Shown piece by piece: positions 38,699 through 49,094 of a stretch of 55,807 bases of DNA (the first letter of the stretch is position 1; the number at the start of each line of letters is the position of its first letter). Source of the DNA: Basidioascus undulatus (taxonomy: Eukaryota); assembly GCA_000826855.1 (NCBI GenBank), contig JTLS01000105.1, positions 1 to 55,807 of the forward strand, read 5' to 3'. A model generated the notes under the pieces. That model was not told the origin of the DNA. It saw only the letters and a list, made by a program, of their open reading frames with translations, and did not search any database. Position numbers and translations under genes: made by a program.

Positions 38699-39096
38699 AT
38701 GTCGCATCCCAACTCTGCCGCTGGTCCGAAGCACAGCCCGCCCGAGCTCGCGTCTCGGCCGTCCTACTTCCGCACACCCTCGTCCATCGTCAAGGCCCGC
38801 AAAGCGTACGCCAAGAAGATGTCCGAATGGACAAACGCTCTGCAACTCCGGCAGCGTCGTCAGGCTTCCTCCGCATCCTCTGCATCCTCCGCGAACTCCG
38901 CAAACTCCACTGCCTCCACGGCCGGCGCGGCGGCGCCTTCCGACTCCAGGCGCAGCTCGGACCAAGGCTCGAAAGTCCACATGCATCGCAAAGGTGGGCT
39001 TCTTTTATTCGCAACTTGCATGTCGTGCTCGATGCTGATGGGATTGTTCTGCGATCCTCAGACTCCGGCGCCGTCGTATCTTCCATCTTGACCTGA
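38699..39096 (+). CDS. Small Ser/Ala-rich hypothetical protein (~110 aa, 2 coding exons)
   Basis: MSHPNSAAG...ARKAYAKKMSEWTNALQ...VHMHRK spliced (intron ~38994-39061) to DSGAVVSSILT*, with biased codon use. Confidence 0.6.
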
Positions 39097-40056
39097 GCTT
39101 TGTCTTGTGGAGCGCAGGGTTCTGTCGTGACGCTTTCCCCCCGGGTTGATTGTCTATGGCCGCAAACCGTCTTTCTTCCGTTTAATCCGCATTTCGCATC
39201 GCATACACGCATAGCCTTTACGACCATGAACGATACATAACGATTCCTTTGACGAGGGTCTGTTGCGGTGCAGTGTCCGTCGGGCCCCGGCTGTTGATGC
39301 GTGGTTGTATGATATGTATCGCTGGGGCGGAAAAGCTGTGCTCTTCACGGCAAGGGCCTGTTCAGGACAGTCGAAGGGCAGCTGATGGCCAGCCGGACTG
39401 CTCACACTTGAGAGGCGCTCGTTTGACTGCAGTCAACTGCAGCACCGTACCCGTACGAAGAAGCACCATCATGCTTTCCCTGTACGCCTGTGAGGTAAGC
39501 CTGTGAGGTAATCTCGAAAACGCAAGAACGCTGAACGTGCACATGCTGGACGGGAGCTGTTACGGTAGAATGTGGCTTTGGGAGCGTTTGAGGAGGCGAC
39601 AGGATACACGCGCCCGACACATGGGCAGACCAGACAGAAATGCGAAGTCTTGTAGACTGCGAGTATTTCCCAACCCCCCGAAAAGAAAGCAGTTTCTTGC
39701 AGCCTCTTACCCCCCCCCTGTTCGCGTCTCCGATCCCCGGTCTCCCCGTGCCCAACGCGCCGGTGCCTGATCTGAATACTACCCCGCGCGACGTACTCAT
39801 CCCTACCAACCGGCATACAGCAAGCCTGCCGTCTATCTTCAATGCAATCACATCGCAACGCATCACGCGCCCCGCTCCTCCCTACAAATACGCTACCCAA
39901 TGCCTAAGGAAAACGGAAGATGAAACCCTTGTCGAACAGCGAGAAGGATGGAAGACCGGAGTAAGGGAAGAGCGGAGTGTTGTACAAGGCCGGATAAGAG
40001 GAGCGGGGAGGTACGAGGTGCGAGGCGGGAGAGGGGAGAGGGCACGAGAGAGGGGG

Positions 40057-41167
40057 TTACTCCTTCTTGCTCTTGCTCGTGAAGAGGGCGCTGGACATCG
40101 GAGGAGGGGAACGGTTCAGCCGCGGGGAGAGGCAGGGGGAGGTTTGGGGGAAGGCGGAGGGGAGCGAGGGGAGGAGAGGACGAGAGAGGAACGCACGTCT
40201 GCCCGCCGAAGAGCGCGACGAGCCCGACGGAGACGGCCGAGACGACGCGCCGGTCCCACCGCTCGTTCCAGTGCTGCGTGGGGGAAGAGGGTGAATGAGG
40301 GGTGGGGTGAGCGATCATCAGGGCCAAGGCGGATTCTGGCTTTGGGTTTCGGTAGGACGGAGGGGCGAGGAGGGAGATACCTTGTAGGAGAAGTAGCCCA
40401 CCGCGCCGACAGAAGCGACGTTGACTGAGCACGGGGGAGCGTCAGCTGCCAAACTCGGGAGGGCTCTGAGGTAGAGATTGACGTACTGAGAGAAATCGCC
40501 GACTTCTGGACCTGGGGATCGCTCGCCTTCGCCTTAAGCCACTGTTCAACCCGCACACCTCCGTCAGCTCATCCGCAGAGAGCGCAGTTAGCTCAGGAGT
40601 CGCTCGCACGCCCACGCACTTGGTACGCCTTGATGCCCTCCTCCTCCGCCTTCTTGATGTCCTTCTTGGCCTCCTTCTTGAACTTTCCCGCCTGCTTCTC
40701 CGCCTCGGCGCGCAGCTCGTGCGCCTTCTGCGCGGCCTCGGCCTTTGCGCGCGCCTCAATCTCCTTCGCCTCCTCAGACGTCTCCGTGCGCGGGTGCTCC
40801 TTAAAGTCTGTTGCGGCGAGGGGATGGAGGATGAGCGCGCGCAAGAATCGGCGGAAGGTTGAGGGGGTGAAACGGACCGGACTCGGCGACGGTCACTTTG
40901 GCTGTAGAGGGCAGAAGAAGAAGGTCAGGAACACGAGAGCAGTACGGGAGGAAGAGGGAGAAACCTGGAACGGACAGTCGACATCGGGGAGCACGGGCTG
41001 CTCGGTGCCCTCGATGTGGCCCTCGAGCAGGCCCTGGTCCGGGTGGGGCTGCTCGGACGGAGGGGGCGCGTTCCTGCACGATAAGACGAGATGCACGGTC
41101 AGTCTTCCTGTTAATTCTCGGTGCGACTGTCCTAAACGCACTTGGCGGCGATGTCGGCGTAGGACAT
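40057..41167 (-). CDS. Mitochondrial outer-membrane protein OM14-like
   Basis: MSYADIAAK/NAPPPSEQPHPDQGLL, KVTV..DFKEHPRTETS, a charged helical region, then VNVASVGAVGYFSYK and WDRRVVSAVSVGLVALFGGQ TM segments, ending SKSKKE*. Confidence 0.72.
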
Positions 41168-41849
41168 TGTGGGTGTTGTTGTGGAGGGAGGGTGGGGAGT
41201 GTCGGTGGGTGTTAAGGGAAAAATGTGGTCAAGCAGGAGGTGGTTGATGGAAGAGAGCAAGAAGCAGGAACGGGAAGCTGAAGCTGGGCAGCGTGGAGCG
41301 GGGCGGGCGACGATCAATCCCGACGACGCGACCTTCAGGGTCGACGCGCAGCCTCCTACGTCATCTCGGCAGCGGCACAACCCGCGGACACAATCCGCGG
41401 ACGCTCCCAGTGCCAAATTAACGTCGCAGTCCTTTCGCGGCTGTCCAAGTGCCTGCCTGCCTGCATCGGGACAGATGTTGGAGTTAAATGATTTGATATA
41501 TATGTAGCGGGACAATAGTTCTGTGTCATGTCTTTTTGCACTGGATTCATTCTACAAGCCGGGTGAAAGCATACAGCAACGTTGCGACACAAGATGGTGA
41601 AGTCTCCCACACAACACACAATCACCCCGACAAGCGTGCACTTTTGTGCAAAGAAACCACCATTATTCAAGAAAACCAATACTCCTTCCACGAACCCTCC
41701 TCACTGCTCATCCTCGCCCAAGGGCCTCCCCGTGTGCGGATCCTCCCTGATAATCTCCCTGTACCACATTTCCTCGCCCCTCTCAACTGTCCGCCCCCAT
41801 ATCCGCTCAGCGCCATATTTCCATCGACCCCCATCATCTCCCTCTAATC

Positions 41850-42089
41850 TCAGTACTCACAGCCCGGATCATAAACCGCTCCCGCCGGCTCCCTGCCGAT
41901 CCTCTCAAACGCCTGCCTCTCGCGCGGCAAACTGGGGCCCTTGCATCCATGCGTGGCTTCCTTACGCTCGCGCTCGGCCGCAGACGTGTTCCCCGCGTCC
42001 GGATCCGCCATCCGCTTGTTATGCCAACGCGCGTTGTACAGGTCGTGTGCGGTCGGACCGCCGGGCTCGGGCGCGCCGGTACCGGACAT
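41850..42089 (-). CDS. Small hydrophilic orphan protein (79 aa)
   Basis: Clean ATG-initiated ORF in a GC-rich patch with a pyrimidine-rich 5' leader. No family recognised. Confidence 0.5.
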   Translation of the reverse strand: MSGTGAPEPGGPTAHDLYNARWHNKRMADPDAGNTSAAERERKEATHGCKGPSLPRERQAFERIGREPAGAVYDPGCEY

Positions 42090-42548
42090 AGGGAGTTGAG
42101 AGGGGCAAGTATGGAGCGAGAACGGGTAGAATGTGAGGATGTGTATGTCTCAGAGCGATAGGTGTAGTTTGGGAGGGAATGGTACAGAGAAAGGCGGGAC
42201 GAAGGGGCTTGAAGGCGTGAAGAAATGCGGCGTCACAACGAAAGCCTGAGCTTGTCTGCATGTTCTCAGCTACGGCAATGCCTTTCGTAGGCACAGTGTC
42301 CTTTCGCCGTATAATGGTTCATCAACTTGAAAGCTTGCCAATGCTTGCACACGGTTCGAGATGTATACACATAACCACTGATGCCCTGTACAGACGCTGC
42401 ACGATTCAATTTTCAAACACAAAGCTTTGAAACAGTCCTCGTATGGCAGGGTAGTGTCCTTGTGTTAGAACAAAGTATACATACACGGCTTCAGTCTCCT
42501 AAAAAAACCACCGGAACGTCCATCACACAGCCGGCAAAGCGCCCATTG

Positions 42549-44103
42549 CTATCCTCGTCCCATCGCCCTGAGCAGCACCCTCTCCACCTCGTCCAGCCGC
42601 GCATCCTTCGGCAAATCCTGGGTCCTCAGCCCAATCATCCTAACAAACCCCTCAGTCTCCTTCCTCTTCTCCGTCACCGCATCCAGCGGTGTCCACCCAT
42701 ACATGTTCTTCGCGCGCAAGCTCTCCTGTGCGCCGAGCTCCAGAAGCGCCTCGCACATGCGCGCGCGCGCCCGACCGCGGCGACATGCAGCTGCGTGCTC
42801 CCCTGCTTGTCGTGCTTGTTCAGCGCGTCTGGGTGCTGCGCGATCAGCGCCTGCAGCGCGGGGACGTGCGGTTCTGCCGCTCCGCAGCGCGGGGTCTTCG
42901 GGCAGGGAATACCCGACGAAGACGTGGATCGGTTAGCGCGCGTTCCGTTCGGCCTCGGTCGGTACATCCAGGAGGTCCGGATGTGAGGAGGCGGGTAGCA
43001 ACCGCGCAGGGTGCGAGGGGTGCCTAGGAAGCAGAAGTATTCGCTGAGGCCGATGCGTCGGAAGCCGCGCTGAGGATCGAAAGTAAGGAAGCGGGGCGTG
43101 ATCAGCGTTGTCTGCGGAGGCGCAGAGAACTATCTTTAAGGCGCACCTGATGCCAAAAGTTAAAGACCTTCGCCAGCTTCGCCTTCCACTTCTGCTGCCT
43201 GGCCTCCTTCTTCGCGGGGTCCTCGGTCGCACCCGGCGACCACGGCGCCTCGTCAAGTTCCTTATCGATGCTGGCGTTCAGCGTGACAGGCCAGCAGAAG
43301 ATGTATTCTGCGTCCTTATTCCCACCCTCATATGTGTTAGTCGTGTCTCTGCTTGAGAGACAAAGTGCGCGTTCGACTTCGGGTGGAGAAGCGAAACCTG
43401 GAACGGACCTTATCTCGTCCTCGTGCAGCAGCCGCCGCACAGCCTACGTCCCATACCCCTTCCCCCGCACCCCCGGCTTCTAAAAGAGGACCTCTTCGAT
43501 GTACGCGATGAGGCCGTCGTCAAGCTCGGCGCCGAAGACGCCAGACCCGGTCGCAGGCGCGTCGCGCGGCGCGTAGTGCCTGCGCTTGAGGTCGCCCGAG
43601 TCGGTAAAGAGCGACATCGGGAAGTCGGAATACTCCTGCACAGAATAATTTTCAAGTTCATATGGCTCTTGGGCAAGTTGCCTGACGAAAGAAGGCGTGA
43701 GAAGGTAGGGAGAAGACGCACCTGCGAAATCTCGTCCATCTCAATCAAGAACCCATCGCGACTGTCGCATGTCCCTGTGAGCCTGTACACGACACTGCAT
43801 GCCCGTGCCACGCGCGACGCACTCGATCAGCTGAGCCTTGACTTTAACGACCATCTCGCCCGTCTGCGGGTGCTTCAGCGTGCCCTCGAAACGCGTCACC
43901 CAGCCCGCGCCGGGCGCCTTGTACGCGGCGTAGACCGCCTCTTCGTAGTCCTCCTCGTCCGAGTATTCTTCACGGGCGCGGGGGCCCGTTGACCACCTCG
44001 AACGACCACTGGTGATCTTTCGGTCTCGCGAGGGACATGGTGAGAAGCTGATGGTGGGAGGGAGACAAGAGTGCGCGGACGCGTCAGTGAGAGCGCGTTT
44101 CAT
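42549..44103 (-). pseudogene. GNAT-like acetyltransferase plus C-terminal ankyrin repeat protein, copy A (disrupted)
   Basis: FLIEMDEISQE, LFTDSGDLK, GSGVFGAELDDGLIAYIEEV, acetyl-CoA loop RGKGYGT, FWHQ/RGFRRIG, HPSHPA, ankyrin DKQGSTQLHVAA and GWTPLD. In-frame TAGs at 43480-43482 and 43444-43446, frameshifts near 43030 and 42765. Confidence 0.8.
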
Positions 44104-44594
44104 CCAAGTCCCGACTTGGCGGATGCAGAGCTCCTGCTAGCTTTCAAAACTACTTGCTCGCACCGACATTGTCGAGAGCTTTTTATCCATTTAGTTTTTC
44201 CATGATAATCGGTGAACGCGTTCGGCGCACGCGAGCAGGGCGAAACGAGTTACGCTCAACCGGTTGCTCGGTTGAGGACATGCAAGCCACAGTGGCACAG
44301 ACTGCGACGCGTGTGCGGGCTGCACTCTCGAAACTTGATTATCATCCTACAGTCTGACATTCTTTGACTACAGAGTTACATGATGTCTTTTCCCCAAAGC
44401 AGAATGGTGGCAGTGTCCGCAGTTTGCCCACCACGCCGAGTGTTCCCCCTTGAGCAAGCGAACATCCGATTTCTTGCTACGAATCACGGGAAGATGATCA
44501 ACCCGGTCGTGCGCCAAGTCCCCGTTCAAACGCCCTCCAAACTCGCTGTATCATCAGTAATCCAGGAAATGCATTCTCAGTTCCGCCCACCATC

Positions 44595-46477
44595 CTATTC
44601 CAGCTCCCGCATCTCTCGGTCCTCCTCCTCATCTAGCAAGACCGGCGCAAAGTCCAACCACCTAACGACCTTCTCCGCGCCGCCGCCCTCCTCGTCGATG
44701 TACGTCGCGAACAGGCCGTCGTCGCACGCCTGAATGGACGACGCGGGCTCTTCGCCGTCCTGCCTGAGCGCGAAAGCGTGGTCAGGCAGCTGGTAGGGCG
44801 CGGTGGTGCGCGAGTCGAGGGACGAGGGAAAGAGGGGGAGCATGACGAGGTTGCCGCTGGGTGAGGGGGGGCTGATTGGATTAGGTCGTAATTTGGTATG
44901 GCCTGGTAGAGCGGGTGGCGTGGAAAAGTGCGTACTGCGCATCCACGATTGCCCGCCCATTCTCCAGACACAGCATCCCGTCCACCGCCCTGCACTCAAT
45001 GAAGTACGCCCACTCCTCGGGGTTCTCCGGGCGCTTCAGTACGTGCTCGAAATGAGGCACGACGAGCATCCACCCTTCCCTGGCGATCGCGACGAGGCGG
45101 CCGTCCTCGACGTGCACGGCGTTCCAGTCGAGCCACCCGATGCCCGACATCGCGTGCGCGTGCATGTACGGCCCGTAGTCGATGATCGGGCACCGTTCCT
45201 CGAAGGACGCGGGCGCTCCGGAGACGATGGGGACCGCCGGATGCTGGGGCCGCGGCAAGGGGAGCATGCGGAGCGAGGACGGCGGGACAGACGAGGTAGT
45301 AGGCGAGAGCCGCGCGAGGAGCGCGCCGGTGGAGAGGGAGAAGACGAGGATGCTTGGAGGTGCGCAGATGAGCAGATGGGTCGGGGTGAGCTCGACCTGG
45401 AGGAGGAAGAGGCGGAGGGTGAGAAGCAAGTTTGGCAAATGGGAAGGCTGCGGGTACGAGCGCACATAGGTGATCCCTTTGACGGGTTCGGGCACGGCGA
45501 TGGTCCGGATGAGGTCTAGCGTGCGCACATCCCAGATGTAAATCTCGGCTGTGATGCGCAATGGAAGTTTCACTACAACGCGCACAGTTGGTCAGAGCAG
45601 TAAAGCGTACCTCCGCTATTAGCAGCGACCGCCAGATGCCTGTCCCCCTCGCACCGGAAATCAGCCCTCAACCTCCCTCTCCTCGAAAGCATGCATAAAC
45701 AAGGCACGGGTACTTGACGCGATATGCCCTCGGCAAGCTAGGGTTCACGACCCTCCCGACGCGCTCGAATGCGCCGGGCCCGCGCTCGTCGGCCACGCTC
45801 CGCCAGACCTCGTTGCTCGCGTCTCCGCGATCAAAGACGAGGAAGCCCTCGTCGTACTCGACGTGCGCGTACGGTCGGACGAAGGGGAGGAACGCCAGCG
45901 GACGGTGCGGGGGCCTCAGAGAGGTGATGGTCAAACCACCTGTGCGGAAGTGCTTTGGTCAGGGAAGATTGGGGAAAGAGGAGAGAGACGGAGAGACGCA
46001 CCATGCTCGGAGGAGGTCATCATGAACTTCTGGGCGGCGTCTACCTTGATCCGCCATACGTCTCGGCCGAGGCGGATGAGGCGGTTGAGCGCGATAGGCG
46101 GGTCTCCATCCCATGCGCGCTGGAGCATCGTCTTTCGTTTACCTACAGCCCCTCTCCTTGCAGATCAGCGCCCATCTTCCTCCAATTCCTAGCTCAGCGG
46201 TTTACGCAGACTCACAAATATCTCTCCAACCCTTTACTCCATCCCACCACTCGCTCACGCTCCGCCCGCGCCCGACCACGTCCCCCACATCATCGCTGGC
46301 GCCGCTGAAACCCTCCCTGAGGGCTGCGGAAGCGTAGATTCGTTCAGAATGAGCATCGAGAAATGCGTGCCAGTTCTTCGAAAGGCGATAGAGGGGCGGG
46401 AGGGAGGAGAGCGGGAGATGGAACAGGATTTGGAGGGCGAGTTCGGGGGGAAGGACGAGGAGCGGGTCTGCGGCCAT
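44595..46477 (-). CDS. F-box protein with a WD40-like beta-rich C-terminal region
   Basis: N-terminal DPLLVLPPELALQILFHLPLSSL...LSKNW, then VWRIKVD, PYAHVEYDEGFLVFDR, RAYRVKYPCL and IYIWDV...LIRTI. Ends DREMRELE*. Confidence 0.85.
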
Positions 46478-46978
46478 GGGGTGGGCGAGGGAGATGCTTG
46501 AGACGTAGCAAAGGCCAAGATGTGTTGAGGTGGTGTGTTTTGAGGACAAGAAGGTGGCAGGCAGGCAGGCAAGCAACCGGACCTTCTTGAACTGCAAGCG
46601 GCCGATGACGCCAGGTCCAAGGCCGCCGTCTTCTCTCTTCCTGATTCCATCTTTTGCCTCTCACCTTCACCCTCATTATCCTCCTACGAAGCAAACCTAC
46701 ACTTACATTTCTCCTTAGCAATCCCCTCGCACCTCCAGGAGCCGTCCTACTCCGTGGACTAGACACTCAACACACCCAACACTGAACCAGCCGTTTTGTC
46801 TTCCCTCCTCCCCCCTCCAACCATGTCTTCTTCAGCGGAATCCCTTGGGCGAGTCGCATCGCAGGATTCCCTTGACAGCCGGAGTGCTTTGCTCTGTCTT
46901 GCCGATAGTAAACTGCATCGGTGCGGTATTGTTCAGCTGGGAAATGTAAAGCATGGACACCGTGGAAGTTAGCTTGGC

Positions 46979-47003
46979 GTGCATCGTGCATCGTGCATCG
47001 TGC
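46979..47003. repeat. Short 7-mer tandem repeat (GTGCATC)x3
   Basis: gtgcatcgtgcatcgtgcatcgtgc in the F-box / copy B intergenic region. Confidence 0.8.
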
Positions 47004-47099
47004 CGAGTCCTCTGCATCCGGGTTCTACGAAACAGGCGCAGTGAACGGAACGGCCGCACTGCACCTCTTTCTCACTGACCACCACGACAGCTCCTCACC

Positions 47100-48244
47100 A
47101 TGTCTCTTCGTACCCCAAAAGACCTTCACTGGACATTTGTCCCGCTCACTCCCGATCTCAGTGCAGACAGCTCGCCATGACGCTTTTCACCGACTCGGGT
47201 GATCTGAAGCGCGTACACTCCGCGCCGCCCAGCTCGCCCACACGCGGCTCGGGCGTCTTCGGCACCGAGCTCGATGACGGTCTCATCGCGTACATCGAGG
47301 AGGTTCTGGTTTCCAAACCTGGGATGCTCGGGAAGGGGAACAAGACCGACGCTGCGAAGAAGTGCTGCGGCAGGACGCGATCGTGGTGCGTCGTCCATGT
47401 CACTTACCTTCCTGAACACGAGTAGTGTGGTCTTCCTGTAACAAGAGAATGAGGCTGACACTCTGAGGGTGCGTGGGAACTACGGATACAGGACGCGGAC
47501 TACGTCTTCTGCTGGCCCACGCCGCTGAGCCCTCGCGACGACCGGGAGCTTGAACCCGCGCCGCACCCTCTGGAGGAGAGGGATGACGCTCGGGCTTGGG
47601 TGCAGAAGTGGAGTGAGAAGAAGCAGCGGATCATCCGCTTCTGGCGCGAAGTGTGCTATACACAGCGTCTTCCTTCCCTCGCTTCCCTTCTCCACTTCCC
47701 AGCGAATCCCTCTCCCCGCCATGAGCAAAGGGGTTTCCGCCGCGTCGGGGCTAACCCACTTCTTCTGTCTCCCCCGCCAGCCCTCTCACCCCGCGCTGAC
47801 CCTCCCCGCCTCCTCCGACCCGGACGCCCCCCTTCCCTTCTCCGAGTCCGAGACCCGCGCGCTCTACCCCCTGCACGTCCTCGTCGGAAGTTCAATCGGT
47901 GAGATGACCCTCCCAGATACCACGGATTTGCAACGCGCTGCTCGTGCTGCACCCGGATGCACTGAACGAACAGGACCAGCACGGAAACAACCCCCCTGCA
48001 TGTCGCGGCGCACGGTTGCGCGCCGCGGCTGTGCGAGGTGCTTCTGGAGCTGGGGGAAAGGGAGAGCTTGGGGGTGAGGAATGCGCCGGGGAGGACCCCG
48101 TTGGAGGAGGTGAGGGAGATGAGGAGGTAGGGGCAGGAGTTTGGGATGATGATCGGGTTTGGGTCAGGGGGAAGGGAAGCGCCGAGGGATGGGAGGTTGG
48201 ACGAGGTGGAGAAGGTGCTGCAGAGGGCGATGGGGAGGCGGTAA
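47100..48244 (+). pseudogene. GNAT-like plus ankyrin protein, copy B (5'-deleted, disrupted), paralogue of 42549-44103
   Basis: LFTDSGDLKR...GSGVFGTELDDGLIAYIEEVL, DADYVFCWP, FWRE/GFRRVG, PSHPA, DQHGN.PLHVAA and GRTPLE. Frameshifts near 47380, 47748 and 47990, and TAG at 48128-48130. Confidence 0.8.
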
Positions 48245-49094
48245 ATAGTGGGAGCGCCAAGTTACTTGGGTCTGAGATGTTGAGAGGGCGATAGGGACGG
48301 GGCTCTGCCGGGGACTGTTGTACGCTTATGAGGGGCAGTTGGACGTTTATCGCCCTTGATAAGCACCATGTATTTTTTTTAGTGTTATTTGATTGATGTT
48401 GTTTACGATGGCAGCGCGTCTTCATGAAACACTCGCAGTGCACAAGGGTTTGTCCGATTGTCGAGCGATGGCCTTTCAGACTGTCCTTGCAAGTCTTGTG
48501 CCAGATGCAGACTTTTACAGTCCATTCAGGAATCGCCACTCAAATCTTATTTCGGCGTATTATCAGTATTTCACTCTGGCTGTGCGGCGTAACATGACAA
48601 TTGGACAGACCTTCCCCGTCTGCAGCAACCAGCCGTTGCATTGGAACCCGTACAATCTGGGATTCATAAGCCAACGTCAAGTTAAAATGACAATTTAATC
48701 AAAATTATCTCCAAATACTCAGACAAAGTAACAGGAAACCCCTAAGCGGCGATGGCTCAGACTATGACAAGAATGCAAATGCCCATAGCACGGTTCGAAC
48801 ATCGGTTCACATCCACAGATCGAGTCCGACCCATGTCCGGTGCAGTACGTTCGGTATTCTGCATTCTTCTACATAAGCAGCGCCACCACAATGAAGAAGG
48901 GGGGAAAGAACAGGAAACACCTGCCTTGTGGGAGGAGGAGTTTCCGCGTTACGGGTGGGCTTACGTCAGCCGGCAATGACGTCCCTCTCGCGCCCAAGTC
49001 GCGACCGGATCTTGACTGCTCACGACGACGACGACTGCACTCCTGAACACTCTCAACGAAATATAGGAATAACCGCATCTATAAACACACAATA

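Noticed and set aside
2755..48130. All five premature stops found in conserved frames are TAG (2755, 5103, 43444, 43480, 48128), suggesting TAG recoding or A-to-I stop repair
   Set aside because: They replace different residues (likely Glu, Tyr, Trp, Ser, Glu), the same genes also carry frameshifts, and TAG terminates intact genes (625-627, 18061-18063, 44595-44597).
48393..48979. ORFs in the AT-richer spacer before UFD1
   Set aside because: Codon usage is unlike the true genes and no motifs were recognised.
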